Origin: an uncultured candidate division Zixibacteria bacterium
GTDB lineage: Bacteria > Zixibacteria > MSB-5A5 > UBA10806
Direction: 5' to 3'
Assembly (NCBI GenBank): GCA_963817915.1
Contig: CAWFQL010000012.1
Location: 32,001 to 96,000, forward strand
DNA: 64,000 nucleotides
In this document: positions 19,836 through 30,158 of the stretch, piece by piece
Layout: each line of letters opens with the position of its first letter
Numbering within the stretch: position 1 is the first letter of the stretch
Program-made: the position numbers and the translations under genes
The notes under the pieces: generated by a model
What the model was told of the DNA's origin: nothing
What the model saw: the letters and a program-made list of their open reading frames with translations, nothing else
Databases searched by the model: none

Positions 19836-21533
19836 ATGATGCATAATATTGAAATTAAATTGCGCGATTTATTTTTATTTGGCGCTATGCTATTGGTTTT
19901 GTCATTCAACGTTGCCAGCGCCCAGATACATGATGAATGGACGTCAATATTTGACTCAACAATCATTGGGACTTCGGGCGTCGGAAACGATGTCGTGGTG
20001 GATGAGTCAGGTAATATATACGCGACCGGTTCCGCGGTATTAGATGCGGGCCGCGGCATTGATTGCGTAACATTGAAATATGGTCCCGATGGTCAGTTAA
20101 GCTGGTATCGATATTATGACAGTCCTGTGCACCAATCCGAAGAAGGCAATTATATAAAGCTCGATAGGGATCTGAATATTGTGGTCGGCGGTATCAGCAG
20201 AAATGGCAATGATATTAGTGGATTTATATTGGCAAAATACAGTTCCGACGGTGAACAACAGTGGGTGTCTGCTTATCCGCTCCCGGCCAGCTCCGAAATA
20301 GAATTTTCCGGAATTGGTGTGGACTACAATAATAATATTTATTTGACCGGAGCAGTACCGGGGTCAACGGGGCTAGGCGATTTCGATTATATCACCATTA
20401 AGTATAATTCCAACGGTGAATTGCAGTGGGATGTTCGCTACCTCGGCGATACCGATGCCAGTACTAGGGCTATGGCAATAGCTGTCGACGCGGATGGCAA
20501 TTCCTATGTTACCGGATTTACTCATGGCACCGATGGCCGTCCAAAAATCGCGACAATCAAATACAATACCAGCGGTCAGCAGCAATGGCTGGCCATGTTC
20601 CAAAATCCGGATACTTACAGCAGTATGGGCCATTGCATAACTCTAGACTCTCAAGGCAATGTTTATATTGCCGGAGGGCTTGGTCTCTATGAAGAGATTT
20701 GTAATTATCAAACTCTAAAATACAACATTGACGGTGAATTGCAATGGTCAGATGTATATAATCCCAATTTCAGGCTTGATGGTGAATTGATCAGTTCGCC
20801 AGTAGCAATAGCTATCGATGCTGCAGGCAACACATTGATCACGGGATCGGGATGGATGGGAATAAGGGAAGTTTACAATACAATTAAATATAATACCGGA
20901 GGGGAATTGCAATGGTTTTCCCTATATGACGGCCTTCCTTCGGGTTTCAGTATTGCTTCTGATATTGCGGTTGATTCCCAGGGCAATTCTTATATTACCG
21001 GCGGGAGCGACAATTCAAACCTATACAATTATGATATTGCCACTCTCAGGTACGATAACTCAGGCCGTCAGGAATGGGTGCAACGTTTCAACGGCCCCAC
21101 TAACGGCGACGACAACGGGGAAGCCATCGCAATCGATAATCAGAATAATATTATCGTCACCGGGTCTTGCGGAGATAGAATAAATCACGGAAGCAAAATA
21201 GTCGTAGTTAAATATTCGCAATCCCAGACAAGTATTGTAGATGATGCTCACGACGTCCCATCCTTAATGCAGCTAAATCCGGCATATCCCAATCCATTCA
21301 ATTCCTCTACTATGCTATCTTTCTTCAATCCCGGCGGCAATGAAATGCTAATAGAAATATTCAATATTACTGGACAAAGAATAAGAACTTTCGAAACAAC
21401 CAATTCCATATCAGGTAGCGTTTATTGGAATGCCCAAGATGACTATGGTTCCAATATCGCTTCGGGTGTTTATTATGCCAGAGCCAAAAGCGGCGATAAA
21501 TCCTCGACTGTAAAGCTTGTCTATTTAAAGTAG
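19836..21533 (+). CDS. Secreted SBBP-repeat beta-propeller protein with a T9SS/FlgD-like C-terminal domain
   Basis: Repeated (I/V)AVD..GN.Y.TG...TIKYN..G..QW units; C-terminal AYPNPFN...ASGVYY. Confidence 0.85.
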   Translation: MMHNIEIKLRDLFLFGAMLLVLSFNVASAQIHDEWTSIFDSTIIGTSGVGNDVVVDESGNIYATGSAVLDAGRGIDCVTLKYGPDGQLSWYRYYDSPVHQSEEGNYIKLDRDLNIVVGGISRNGNDISGFILAKYSSDGEQQWVSAYPLPASSEIEFSGIGVDYNNNIYLTGAVPGSTGLGDFDYITIKYNSNGELQWDVRYLGDTDASTRAMAIAVDADGNSYVTGFTHGTDGRPKIATIKYNTSGQQQWLAMFQNPDTYSSMGHCITLDSQGNVYIAGGLGLYEEICNYQTLKYNIDGELQWSDVYNPNFRLDGELISSPVAIAIDAAGNTLITGSGWMGIREVYNTIKYNTGGELQWFSLYDGLPSGFSIASDIAVDSQGNSYITGGSDNSNLYNYDIATLRYDNSGRQEWVQRFNGPTNGDDNGEAIAIDNQNNIIVTGSCGDRINHGSKIVVVKYSQSQTSIVDDAHDVPSLMQLNPAYPNPFNSSTMLSFFNPGGNEMLIEIFNITGQRIRTFETTNSISGSVYWNAQDDYGSNIASGVYYARAKSGDKSSTVKLVYLK

Positions 21534-21624
21534 CCTGAGCAGTTTTTATTTGGGATTATCTTTCTATTTTTTGATTCGTATCGTTTTCCCTTGATTGAAG
21601 CATTCAAATTGCTATTATAATCAA

Positions 21625-21909
21625 GTGAACGAAATTTCAAAAAAACGGTGCGCCCGCTGCGGCAAGAGGATCAAAAAAGGGGGAGCCTGCTATCGTTTTT
21701 CCGCCGAAATAATGGCGGATTTCGATGGGTACATTAATATTACTCCAAATAAGGAAATGCGGGATTCGTTAAGGGAAATCGAAATGCGAATGAAAGAATT
21801 ATCGGAAAAGGAACTGCTTGATCAGGTACATAAGGAATTCGAATATCTGGTCTGTCTTTCCTGCCGCGATGATATAGATAATTTTCTTCAACCCGGGGAT
21901 AGTCGATGA
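21625..21909 (+). CDS. Small hypothetical protein with a CxxC...CxxC putative zinc site
   Basis: CARC and CLSC; stop overlaps the dnaE start (ATGA); start codon uncertain (GTG 21625 or TTG 21595). Confidence 0.6.
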   Translation: MNEISKKRCARCGKRIKKGGACYRFSAEIMADFDGYINITPNKEMRDSLREIEMRMKELSEKELLDQVHKEFEYLVCLSCRDDIDNFLQPGDSR

Positions 21910-24900
21910 GCCTGGCCCAATTTGTCCATCTGCATAACCACACGCAATACTCATTGCTCGATGGCGCCTGCCGTATAGATGATATCCTCGATGCCGCCGA
22001 GAAAATGAAGATGCCGGCTCTGGCAATTACCGACCACGGCAATATGTTCGGAGTAATCGAATTTTATATCAAAGCCAGAAAACATAGAATTAAGCCAATA
22101 ATTGGCATCGAGGCGTATGTCGCGCCCGAAAGCCGCCATACCAAATCGGGTATGAAGGGCTTTACGGAATCCGGATTTCATCTTGTAATACTCGCAAAGA
22201 ACGAAACCGGCTATAAGAACTTGATCAAACTAGCCTCAATCGGATACACCGAAGGTTTCTATCATAAGCCGAGAATCGACAAGGAAGCGTTGAAACAGCA
22301 TGGCGAAGGACTGATGGTCCTTTCCGCTTGCCTGCAGGGAGAGGCCGCGCGATATATTCATAATAATCGTTTCGATGACGCCGAAAAATCAGTCAGAAGC
22401 TATCTCGATATTTTCGGCAAGGATAATTTCTACCTCGAATTGCAGAATCACGGTCTCCCGGAAGAAGCGAAGGTTTCGGCGGCAATCAAGGATATTGCGG
22501 CGAGAATGGAAGTCAATCTCGTAGCCACCAATGATTGCCATTACATGAAGAAAGAACATGCCGCCGCGCATGACGCCCTGCTATGTATCCAGACCGGCAA
22601 ATTCCTTGTCGATACCGACCGAATGAAATACGCGACCGATCAAATATATTTCAAGACGCCCGAGGAGATGATCGATCTTTTCCAAAACACACCCGAAGCG
22701 ATCGAAAACACTCTTCGAATAGCCGAAGCCTGCAGTCTTGATATTGATCTATATAAGAATAGGGTGCCGAAATTCCCGATACCGGATGGATTTTCAACTC
22801 TTGAGGATTATCTTCGTCATCTTTGCGAGATCGGACTCAAAAATAGATATCCTGAAGTGACATCGTTATTGCAGGAACGGTTAAATTACGAACTTAGTGT
22901 AATTAATCGCATGGGATATCCCGGATATTTTCTAATTGTCCAGGATTTTATAAATTTCGCTCGAAGCAATGGCGTGAGAGTCGGCCCGGGAAGAGGATCA
23001 GCCGCTGGTTCTATTGTCAGTTATTGTCTGGGAATCACCAATCTCGACCCGATTGCCTACGGCCTGCTCTTCGAACGATTTCTCAATCCCGAACGAATCA
23101 GCATGCCTGACATTGATATTGATTTCGCCGATCGCGGCCGCGATAAGGTGATTGAATATGTAACCGCTAAATATGGCAGGGAGAATGTCGCCCAAATTAT
23201 CACATTCGGAAGCATGGCGGCACGGGCGGTTGTCAGAGATGTCGGGCGGGTGATGTCGTTGCCATATAGCGATGTTGACGCTATCGCGAAATTGATTCCA
23301 ATGGAAATTGAGATGACGCTCGAAAAGGCGCTTGAAAAGGAGCCGGAGCTCAAAAAGAAGTACGACGAAGAAGAGCGAATAAAAACACTTATCGATTATT
23401 CCCAGGTGCTTGAAGGGCTATCCCGTCACGCCTCTACTCACGCCGCGGGGGTTGTGATAGCGCCGAGCGCCATCACGGATTACGCGCCGTTATACAAATC
23501 GAATAAAGATGAAATCACGACTCAATATGATATGCGCTGGATTGAGGCTATCGGCCTGCTCAAGATGGATTTTCTTGGCCTGAGAACTCTTACAGTCATA
23601 GATGATTGTCTGGATTTGATGAAGAAGAGGGGAATCGAATTAGATATCGACAAGATTCCATTGGATGATCCAAAGATATATAAGCTTTTTACTCGCGGTG
23701 ATACGGTTGGTGTTTTCCAGTTTGAATCATCCGGCATGAGAGAATATCTAAAAAAGCTCAAACCAAATGTCCTGGAAGACCTGACTGTCATGAACGCTCT
23801 ATATCGCCCGGGTCCGTTGGACGCCAAAATGATCGATACTTATATCGAATGCAAAAAGGGCAAGAAGCAGATTAAATTCGATAGCCCCATGCTCGAGCCT
23901 ATACTCAGGGAAACATACGGCGTTATCGTATTTCAGGAACAAGTGCTCAGGATCGCCCGCGAATTGGGCGGATACACTATGGGCGAAGCAGATATTCTCC
24001 GCAAGGCTATGGGGAAAAAACAAGCCGAGGTCATGGCTGAGCAAAAAGGCAAGTTCATCGAAGGAGCCAAAGAACGAAAGATCAGCTCTCAAACAGCGGA
24101 AAAGATTTTCGAGCAAATTGAGACTTTCGGCCGCTACGGATTTGTAAAAGCCCACTCCGCATGCTACGCGTTTGTAGCATATCAAACCGCCTATCTTAAA
24201 GTTCATTACCCTGTCGAATATATGGCAGCGTTGATGACCTCCGAAATGTCCGATACCAATCGAATTATGGAACTCAAAAACGAGTGCAAGCGAATGAATA
24301 TCGAAATCAAGCCGCCCGATATCAATCGCAGCTATGGGAGTTTCTCCGTCGATTCGGGGGCGATTTTATTTGGACTCACGGCGGTAAAGAATGTCGGACA
24401 GAGCGCGGTCGATTCGATAATTGAATCAAGAAACGCGGATGGCCCGTTTAGCGACCTTTTTGAATTTTGCGGACGTGTCGATCTCCGATCGGTCAATCGC
24501 CGAACGATTGAGGGCATGATAATGTCTGGCGCGATGGATATGCTCGGGTCCCATCGCGCATCCCTGCTGGCGGGAATCGAAAATGCGATTAACTGCGGTT
24601 CTAATATACAGAAAGATAAGGAAAGCGGCCAATCGACATTATTTGGCGGCTCCGAACAAACTTCAATTGCCAAGCCTAAATTACCGGACGTGGCTCCCTG
24701 GTCCAAAATGGAAATACTTGCGAAAGAAAAAGAGTCGTTGGGCTACTGGATTTCTGGCCATCCTCTGGATCAGGATAGAGATATTTTTGATTGCTTTATC
24801 GACCTGAAATTAGGCGAGCTCGAAAAAACTCCCGATGGCCGAAAAGTAACTGTCGGCGGAGTGCTCACGAAAGTCAAGATTCAGACCAGCCGCCAAGGCA

Positions 24901-25349
24901 AACCATTCGCCCTTCTCACGCTTGAAGATGATACCGGAGCAGGTGAAGTACTTATCTTTTCCGATGCCATCGAAAAAAGGAGACTGCTTCTAAAGGAAGG
25001 CAATACGATTATAGTATTCGGCCAATCATCGGTGCGCGAGGGGGAAAAGCCCAAAATCAAAGGCGACGATTTTACTCTATTGTCTTCAGCCACGCGCGAA
25101 TTCCCGGTTACGCTGAAGTTGGCTCTTGAAAACGATTTCGATAACGATCTGCCCGAAAAGATATTCGGCGAGCTTTCAAGTAATTCCGGCCAGAGCGAAG
25201 TAAAAATATATTATCGTCAAAACGGTAGACAAGTAATCTTCCGGGCCACCAAAGTCAAAATAGATCCAAACCAGAAGCTATTGAACAATTTGAAAAATAT
25301 AATCGGCCCTGAAAATGTAAAATTAGTCAGGGCGATTGTCCGTAATTAG
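21906..25349 (+). CDS. dnaE: DNA polymerase III alpha subunit
   Basis: PHP motif HLHNHTQYSLLDG, GRGSAAGS, PDIDIDF, LLKMDFLGL, clamp-binding-like QSTLF. Confidence 0.97.
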   Translation: MSLAQFVHLHNHTQYSLLDGACRIDDILDAAEKMKMPALAITDHGNMFGVIEFYIKARKHRIKPIIGIEAYVAPESRHTKSGMKGFTESGFHLVILAKNETGYKNLIKLASIGYTEGFYHKPRIDKEALKQHGEGLMVLSACLQGEAARYIHNNRFDDAEKSVRSYLDIFGKDNFYLELQNHGLPEEAKVSAAIKDIAARMEVNLVATNDCHYMKKEHAAAHDALLCIQTGKFLVDTDRMKYATDQIYFKTPEEMIDLFQNTPEAIENTLRIAEACSLDIDLYKNRVPKFPIPDGFSTLEDYLRHLCEIGLKNRYPEVTSLLQERLNYELSVINRMGYPGYFLIVQDFINFARSNGVRVGPGRGSAAGSIVSYCLGITNLDPIAYGLLFERFLNPERISMPDIDIDFADRGRDKVIEYVTAKYGRENVAQIITFGSMAARAVVRDVGRVMSLPYSDVDAIAKLIPMEIEMTLEKALEKEPELKKKYDEEERIKTLIDYSQVLEGLSRHASTHAAGVVIAPSAITDYAPLYKSNKDEITTQYDMRWIEAIGLLKMDFLGLRTLTVIDDCLDLMKKRGIELDIDKIPLDDPKIYKLFTRGDTVGVFQFESSGMREYLKKLKPNVLEDLTVMNALYRPGPLDAKMIDTYIECKKGKKQIKFDSPMLEPILRETYGVIVFQEQVLRIARELGGYTMGEADILRKAMGKKQAEVMAEQKGKFIEGAKERKISSQTAEKIFEQIETFGRYGFVKAHSACYAFVAYQTAYLKVHYPVEYMAALMTSEMSDTNRIMELKNECKRMNIEIKPPDINRSYGSFSVDSGAILFGLTAVKNVGQSAVDSIIESRNADGPFSDLFEFCGRVDLRSVNRRTIEGMIMSGAMDMLGSHRASLLAGIENAINCGSNIQKDKESGQSTLFGGSEQTSIAKPKLPDVAPWSKMEILAKEKESLGYWISGHPLDQDRDIFDCFIDLKLGELEKTPDGRKVTVGGVLTKVKIQTSRQGKPFALLTLEDDTGAGEVLIFSDAIEKRRLLLKEGNTIIVFGQSSVREGEKPKIKGDDFTLLSSATREFPVTLKLALENDFDNDLPEKIFGELSSNSGQSEVKIYYRQNGRQVIFRATKVKIDPNQKLLNNLKNIIGPENVKLVRAIVRN

Positions 25350-25373
25350 TGGAAAGCATGCTCCCCTAATACA

Positions 25374-25399
25374 GGAACATGATGGATTTATCAAACGTT
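25374..25399 (+). promoter_or_regulatory. Putative ECF sigma promoter GGAAC-N17-CGTT
   Basis: GGAAC at 25374-25378 and CGTT at 25396-25399, upstream of the thioredoxin gene. Confidence 0.4.
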
Positions 25400-25574
25400 A
25401 AATAAATAAGTGGTTGAAAAGCCTGATCTAAATAGTGGACAGAACGTAGTAGTAATGCTTCTTTTGGGCAGTCTTGGATCAAAAACAACTTGATAATTTC
25501 AGCCAAATCCCGATATTTAGGATGGGATTATTGGTTTTAACACGACAATAATTGTCTTCAGAACTGGAGAAAAA

Positions 25575-26096
25575 ATGAAATCAGACAGATTTAAATGGTT
25601 TGGAATGATATCAGCTCTTTTTATCATTTTAGCGTCATGCGCCGTGGCCGACGAGACACCCAAATCCGATGGTATTAAGTGGTATAAATATGACGAAGGT
25701 TTGAAATTGGCCGCAGCGGCCAAGAAAACGGTAATTGTTGATTTTTATACCAATTGGTGCGGCTGGTGCAAGAAAATGGATAAAGAGACATTTACTGACA
25801 AAAGAGTTATAGATTATATGAACAAAACTTATATTGCGGTGAAAGTTAATGCCGAATCTAAAGAAACTATCAGCCTGCCGAATGGCCCTACAGATGGTAT
25901 TAAATTGGCCAAATCCTTCGGAGTTAGTGGGTATCCGAATTATACATTTTTAGATTCTGAAGGTAAAAAGATTAATGCTTTGCCAGGCTATAAAAAGGCC
26001 GACGAATTTATTATAATCCTTAAATATATCGGGGACGGCGCCTACAAAACTCAAAATTATAAGGATTATTATAGCAAGAATCAGCCTTCCCAATAA
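25575..26096 (+). CDS. Exported thioredoxin-fold protein (SoxW/Thioredoxin_2-like)
   Basis: Signal peptide; FYTNWCGWCKKM; GYP cis-Pro loop. Confidence 0.88.
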   Translation: MKSDRFKWFGMISALFIILASCAVADETPKSDGIKWYKYDEGLKLAAAAKKTVIVDFYTNWCGWCKKMDKETFTDKRVIDYMNKTYIAVKVNAESKETISLPNGPTDGIKLAKSFGVSGYPNYTFLDSEGKKINALPGYKKADEFIIILKYIGDGAYKTQNYKDYYSKNQPSQ

Positions 26097-26219
26097 TGCC
26101 TGGACTATCGAATATATTGACAAATTAGTCTAATTCAAATTATCAAGTACGAAATGAATGGAACCCTCTGAAAGCAGTAAACTGTTGACTCTTTGGAGTA
26201 GTGAATTATATTTAAGTCA

Positions 26220-27161
26220 ATGAAAAAAATCATTTTAGTAGTTATTCTTATAGTTATTGCGTCTACAATTCCGTCATACTCTGCCAAGTATGCCGGTGAA
26301 TTTCTGTATCTTGGAGTAGGCGGAAGACCCCTGGCGCTTGGCGGGGCTTATGTAGCCGAATCAGGCGATGTGCTTTCAGGATATTACAATCCCGCAGGTC
26401 TTTCAGCTATAGGGAGTCAGCAGGCCATATTTATGCATTCGGAGACATTCGGCGGGCTTCTAAGTCATGATTTTGTAGCGTATGCCCGGCCAATCGGCAA
26501 AATGGAAGATAGTACCGCTATCGGGGTATCGCTTTACCGGCTTGGTGGTGGAGGGATTATTGTCACAGGCGTCGACCAAACTGGGCGTTTTTATAAAGTC
26601 AAGGAAGCCAGCCATGCCGATTATGCCGGTTATTTATCATATAGCAAAATATTCAAAAATTACGTTAGAATTGGCGCATCGGCAAAATTGATTTATCGAA
26701 AGATTATCGATGATTCCGCGTATGGAATCGGGCTCGATTTAGGTGCCTTGTATTCGATCACCGACTGGGCAGATATCGGTCTGAATCTTCAGGATATTAC
26801 GACAACATTGCTATCTTATTCGACGGGAAATAAGGAATCGGTAAATCCCACGGCTAAGATCGGAACCAAATTTCATCGGCAGTTAGGACGATTCGCTGGC
26901 GCTCTTTTTTCCGATTTTGACTTCCGATTTGAAGGCAGACAGTACGCCTCGCAGGCTCATTTCGGCAGAATTTCCATCGATACCCATTTTGGGTTGGAAT
27001 TGTCATATCTCGACAAAATCGCGGCCAGAATCGGCTCCGATGTGGGAAATTTGACCCTTGGCGCCGGACTGCGATTCAATAGATTCACGATAGATATGGC
27101 ACTGAGACAGCATTCCGATCTCGATAATACATTTTTGGGATCCTTAGCCATTAAATTTTAA
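26220..27161 (+). CDS. PorV/PorQ family outer-membrane beta-barrel
   Basis: FL.LGVGGRPLALGGAY...YYNPAGL; beta-strand pattern; terminal Phe. Confidence 0.82.
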   Translation: MKKIILVVILIVIASTIPSYSAKYAGEFLYLGVGGRPLALGGAYVAESGDVLSGYYNPAGLSAIGSQQAIFMHSETFGGLLSHDFVAYARPIGKMEDSTAIGVSLYRLGGGGIIVTGVDQTGRFYKVKEASHADYAGYLSYSKIFKNYVRIGASAKLIYRKIIDDSAYGIGLDLGALYSITDWADIGLNLQDITTTLLSYSTGNKESVNPTAKIGTKFHRQLGRFAGALFSDFDFRFEGRQYASQAHFGRISIDTHFGLELSYLDKIAARIGSDVGNLTLGAGLRFNRFTIDMALRQHSDLDNTFLGSLAIKF

Positions 27162-27333
27162 ATCATAGCGTCAAATTTTAATTATTTTTTTATTTTTACA
27201 ACGGTTATCGTTCTTAGAGGAACAAGATTGCCGATAATGAGTAAAATAATATTGTTTCGTGATATGCTTATGATTCGAAATACACCAAAAAGTTCAAATC
27301 ACATAAATTCATTGACGTCACATTCATTTGATA

Positions 27334-27362
27334 TTGACATATTCATGCTCAGGCAATAAGTT
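27334..27362 (+). promoter_or_regulatory. Sigma70-like promoter
   Basis: TTGACA-N17-TAAGTT upstream of the PPIase gene. Confidence 0.45.
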
Positions 27363-27400
27363 ATGCTTCTTGGATAATGGAGAGACATGGAGAGGTTAAA

Positions 27401-29185
27401 ATGAAAAAATTTTTCTTATCAGTTTTGCCGTTGGTTACAGTAGCCTGCCTATTTGGAAGTTCAAAGCTTATTAGGCCAGATGCCCAGATTGCCACAGTGG
27501 ATGGCAGAATAATTTCTTACGCCGCTTACGATTCCGCTTATAAATCTCTTGAAGATAAAGTGGAGCCCGAAGTCACTCAGGATAGCCTTAAATCGCAGAC
27601 GCTTGATAGTTTGATCATTGCTAAGCTTATTGATATACGTATGGATAGCATCAAGGCCGCTCTCGATAATGATTGGGATTTTTCGCATAAACGCATTGAC
27701 GATAATACGCAGACAATTTTTAAGGTATTATTCGATAAACAGGTGACAGCCAAGGCGTTTTTAGCGGTGGCGGATACAGCAAGAGTAGTTAAATATTACG
27801 AAGACCATAAAAGCAATTATGTCGAACCCGAGCAGGTCAAGGCGCTTCAAATACTAATAGCCCGGCCCAAACCCGATACGATCGGTGTCAAATCTGAAAA
27901 GAAAAGAAATAAGGCAATAAAAGAGGCCGACTCATTCGCCAAGAAGAGAGCCGATGCTGTCATGAAATTGGCGGTGGCCGGTGATAATTGGGACTCCCTC
28001 GTAACCGCTTATTCAGAAGATAAGAAGACGACCGGCAAAGGCGGCGACATGGGATCATTCGGGCGCGGCAGATTTACACCCCAATTCGACACATTGGTTT
28101 TCGGCGCTCAGCCAGGGACTATTGTCGGCCCCATAGATTCAAAGCTTGGGTATCAAATAATCAAGGTTGTTGAGCATACACCCGAGATTCAAAAGCCGCT
28201 TAACGCCGAGGTTACCAACACCATTCATGGTGATATAATCCGAGAGGAAGAAAATAATATATCCAAGGCTTATCTGGATTCATTGAAAAAAGAAGCTGAA
28301 TATGTCTATAACGATTCGCTAATCGCCTTGAATGACAGCCTGGTCAATCCTCGGGCGTGGATTTTAATAATTAATAAGACCGATACCGTTTATCAAAAGG
28401 TAGTTAGCGAAAATCTTCCACGGTTTATACGTTGGAAAAGAAAACCGGCTGATTCCCTCACTGTCGATGATAAAAAAGAGATGCTCTATATGCTGAGCAC
28501 AACATATATCTTGCGCAATTCCGCGCGGAAATTAGGATATCTCGATAATACTGAAGTCAAGAATGCTTTAAACGAATATACAACTACCGAGGCGAAATTG
28601 CGTCTTGCAGGCATCCTTAATGATCAGGAATATCAGCCGTCGGATTCGGAAGAAGTGGCGTATTTTAATTCGCATCAGGATAAATATACGGTTGATAGAA
28701 AATTGACTGTATATCATATAATTTTCTCAGATTCGATTCTTGCCGAAGCGGTTCGAGATTCTCTGGTAAAGGGCGCTGATTTTAAGGAAATGGCCAAACG
28801 ATATTATCCCGGAGATCCTGAGATTCGCGAAGTAGCTTATAATTTAGGGCAGATTGGCCCCAAAGACATGGGCGATGAATTTTATAGCGTTGCCGATACG
28901 ATGAAGGTCGGGTCAATTTCCCATGCCGTAAAAACCGCATGGGGATATCATCTGATCAAGCTTGTTGAAAGAAAACAGGATAAGACGCTTGATCAGGTGC
29001 GTCCCGGAATCAGGCAGGTTTTAAAAGATCAGCGGGATGCCGCAAAGAAAAATATGATTGTTGCTGAATGGCGCAAGGAAGCTTTAATAAAGGTGAATAG
29101 CAATCTCGTCGCTAAGTATAAACCGATCGAGAAAAAGGTGATTGAAATTGAGCCAACCGCTTCCAAACAAAGTGGCGGCAAATAG
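27401..29185 (+). CDS. Exported parvulin-type peptidyl-prolyl isomerase (SurA/PrsA-like, two rotamase domains)
   Basis: YSEDK...GGDMG.F..G.F...F, GYQIIKV; second domain HIIF...TAWGYHLIKL; GGAGAGG RBS. Confidence 0.85.
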   Translation: MKKFFLSVLPLVTVACLFGSSKLIRPDAQIATVDGRIISYAAYDSAYKSLEDKVEPEVTQDSLKSQTLDSLIIAKLIDIRMDSIKAALDNDWDFSHKRIDDNTQTIFKVLFDKQVTAKAFLAVADTARVVKYYEDHKSNYVEPEQVKALQILIARPKPDTIGVKSEKKRNKAIKEADSFAKKRADAVMKLAVAGDNWDSLVTAYSEDKKTTGKGGDMGSFGRGRFTPQFDTLVFGAQPGTIVGPIDSKLGYQIIKVVEHTPEIQKPLNAEVTNTIHGDIIREEENNISKAYLDSLKKEAEYVYNDSLIALNDSLVNPRAWILIINKTDTVYQKVVSENLPRFIRWKRKPADSLTVDDKKEMLYMLSTTYILRNSARKLGYLDNTEVKNALNEYTTTEAKLRLAGILNDQEYQPSDSEEVAYFNSHQDKYTVDRKLTVYHIIFSDSILAEAVRDSLVKGADFKEMAKRYYPGDPEIREVAYNLGQIGPKDMGDEFYSVADTMKVGSISHAVKTAWGYHLIKLVERKQDKTLDQVRPGIRQVLKDQRDAAKKNMIVAEWRKEALIKVNSNLVAKYKPIEKKVIEIEPTASKQSGGK

Positions 29186-29861
29186 AGTCATTTTACCTCT
29201 GGATGGCCGGGCGGACGGGACCCCGGCTGAATCCGTATTCAGTGACCATCGTCCCGAAAATATCTCCATGGTGGGTGAGGCGTTCCGCAAGCTCACCCAC
29301 ATGGGAGCCCTGGTTATACCGATAGGTTATTATTTTCTTGGATCCGGTATAGTTCAGATTTGTTTGATCTTCGCCTTGCTCTGTGCGCTGGCCGTCGAAT
29401 ATATCCGCCTATTCGGTCAGGAAAAAGCCAAAATTTTTGTATATCGTTTCATGGGAATCATGACCCGTCCCCATGAAAAAAAGAAACTTACCGGAGCTAC
29501 GTATATCTTGTTAGGATCGATTATAACAATAGCCTTATTCGACAAACCTGTCGCGCTGGCGGCGATATCGTTCATAATAGTAGGCGATACTGCCGGGGCT
29601 TTAATTGGCAGAATCTGGGGCAAGGTACGTTATCGAAATAAATCGCTTGAAGGTTCGATCAGTTTTTTTCTGGCTTGTAGTGTGGTAGCGGCGTTAGTGC
29701 CCGGTATTTCATTTTGGGTGAAGATTATTGGCGCAATAGCGGCGACGATTGTTGAGGCAATTACGTTACATATCGACGATAATTTAATTGTCCCGATCAC
29801 GTCAGCGGCTTTAATGCAAGTTATTATCAGTCAACTTGTTGTGTTGGAACATTTCGCTTGA
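29172..29861 (+). CDS. Dolichol/phytol kinase (diacylglycerol/polyprenol kinase) family membrane protein
   Basis: RKLTH, GDTAGALIG, KSLEGS, DDNL; start codon uncertain. Confidence 0.8.
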   Translation: MAANRVILPLDGRADGTPAESVFSDHRPENISMVGEAFRKLTHMGALVIPIGYYFLGSGIVQICLIFALLCALAVEYIRLFGQEKAKIFVYRFMGIMTRPHEKKKLTGATYILLGSIITIALFDKPVALAAISFIIVGDTAGALIGRIWGKVRYRNKSLEGSISFFLACSVVAALVPGISFWVKIIGAIAATIVEAITLHIDDNLIVPITSAALMQVIISQLVVLEHFA

Positions 29862-29886
29862 CAATGATAGATGACAGGTTTATTCT
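29858..29886 (+). promoter_or_regulatory. Sigma70-like promoter of the cold-shock gene
   Basis: TTGACA-N17-TATTCT. Confidence 0.55.
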
Positions 29887-29919
29887 TAAATGAACTTAAA
29901 TCCTTTTTGGGAGGGCCAA

Positions 29920-30126
29920 ATGCCAAAAGGCAAGGTTAAATGGTTCAATGACTTAAAAGGGTATGGATTTATCACTTCAGAAGCAGACTTTTCCGAAATC
30001 TACGTGCATCACTCCGAAATCAAACTCAACGGCTATAAGACCCTTAAGGCGGGGGAAGAAGTAGAATTCGAGATGGCTGATGGACCTGAAGGTCTCAAGG
30101 CCAAAAACGTTGTAGTGTTGAATTAA
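29920..30126 (+). CDS. Cold-shock domain protein
   Basis: GKVKWFN..KGYGFI, YVHHS. Confidence 0.93.
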   Translation: MPKGKVKWFNDLKGYGFITSEADFSEIYVHHSEIKLNGYKTLKAGEEVEFEMADGPEGLKAKNVVVLN

Positions 30127-30158
30127 TCTAACGCCCCTGCCTAATAGGGGTCATATAT

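Noticed and set aside
19900..21220. CRISPR-like or tandem DNA repeats
   Set aside because: The periodicity is degenerate protein-level SBBP repeats inside one ORF; there are no identical repeats with spacers.
21906..25349. Intein-containing or error-prone DnaE2 polymerase
   Set aside because: Length and motif order fit an uninterrupted replicative DnaE with PHP and C-terminal domains; there are no imuA/imuB neighbours.
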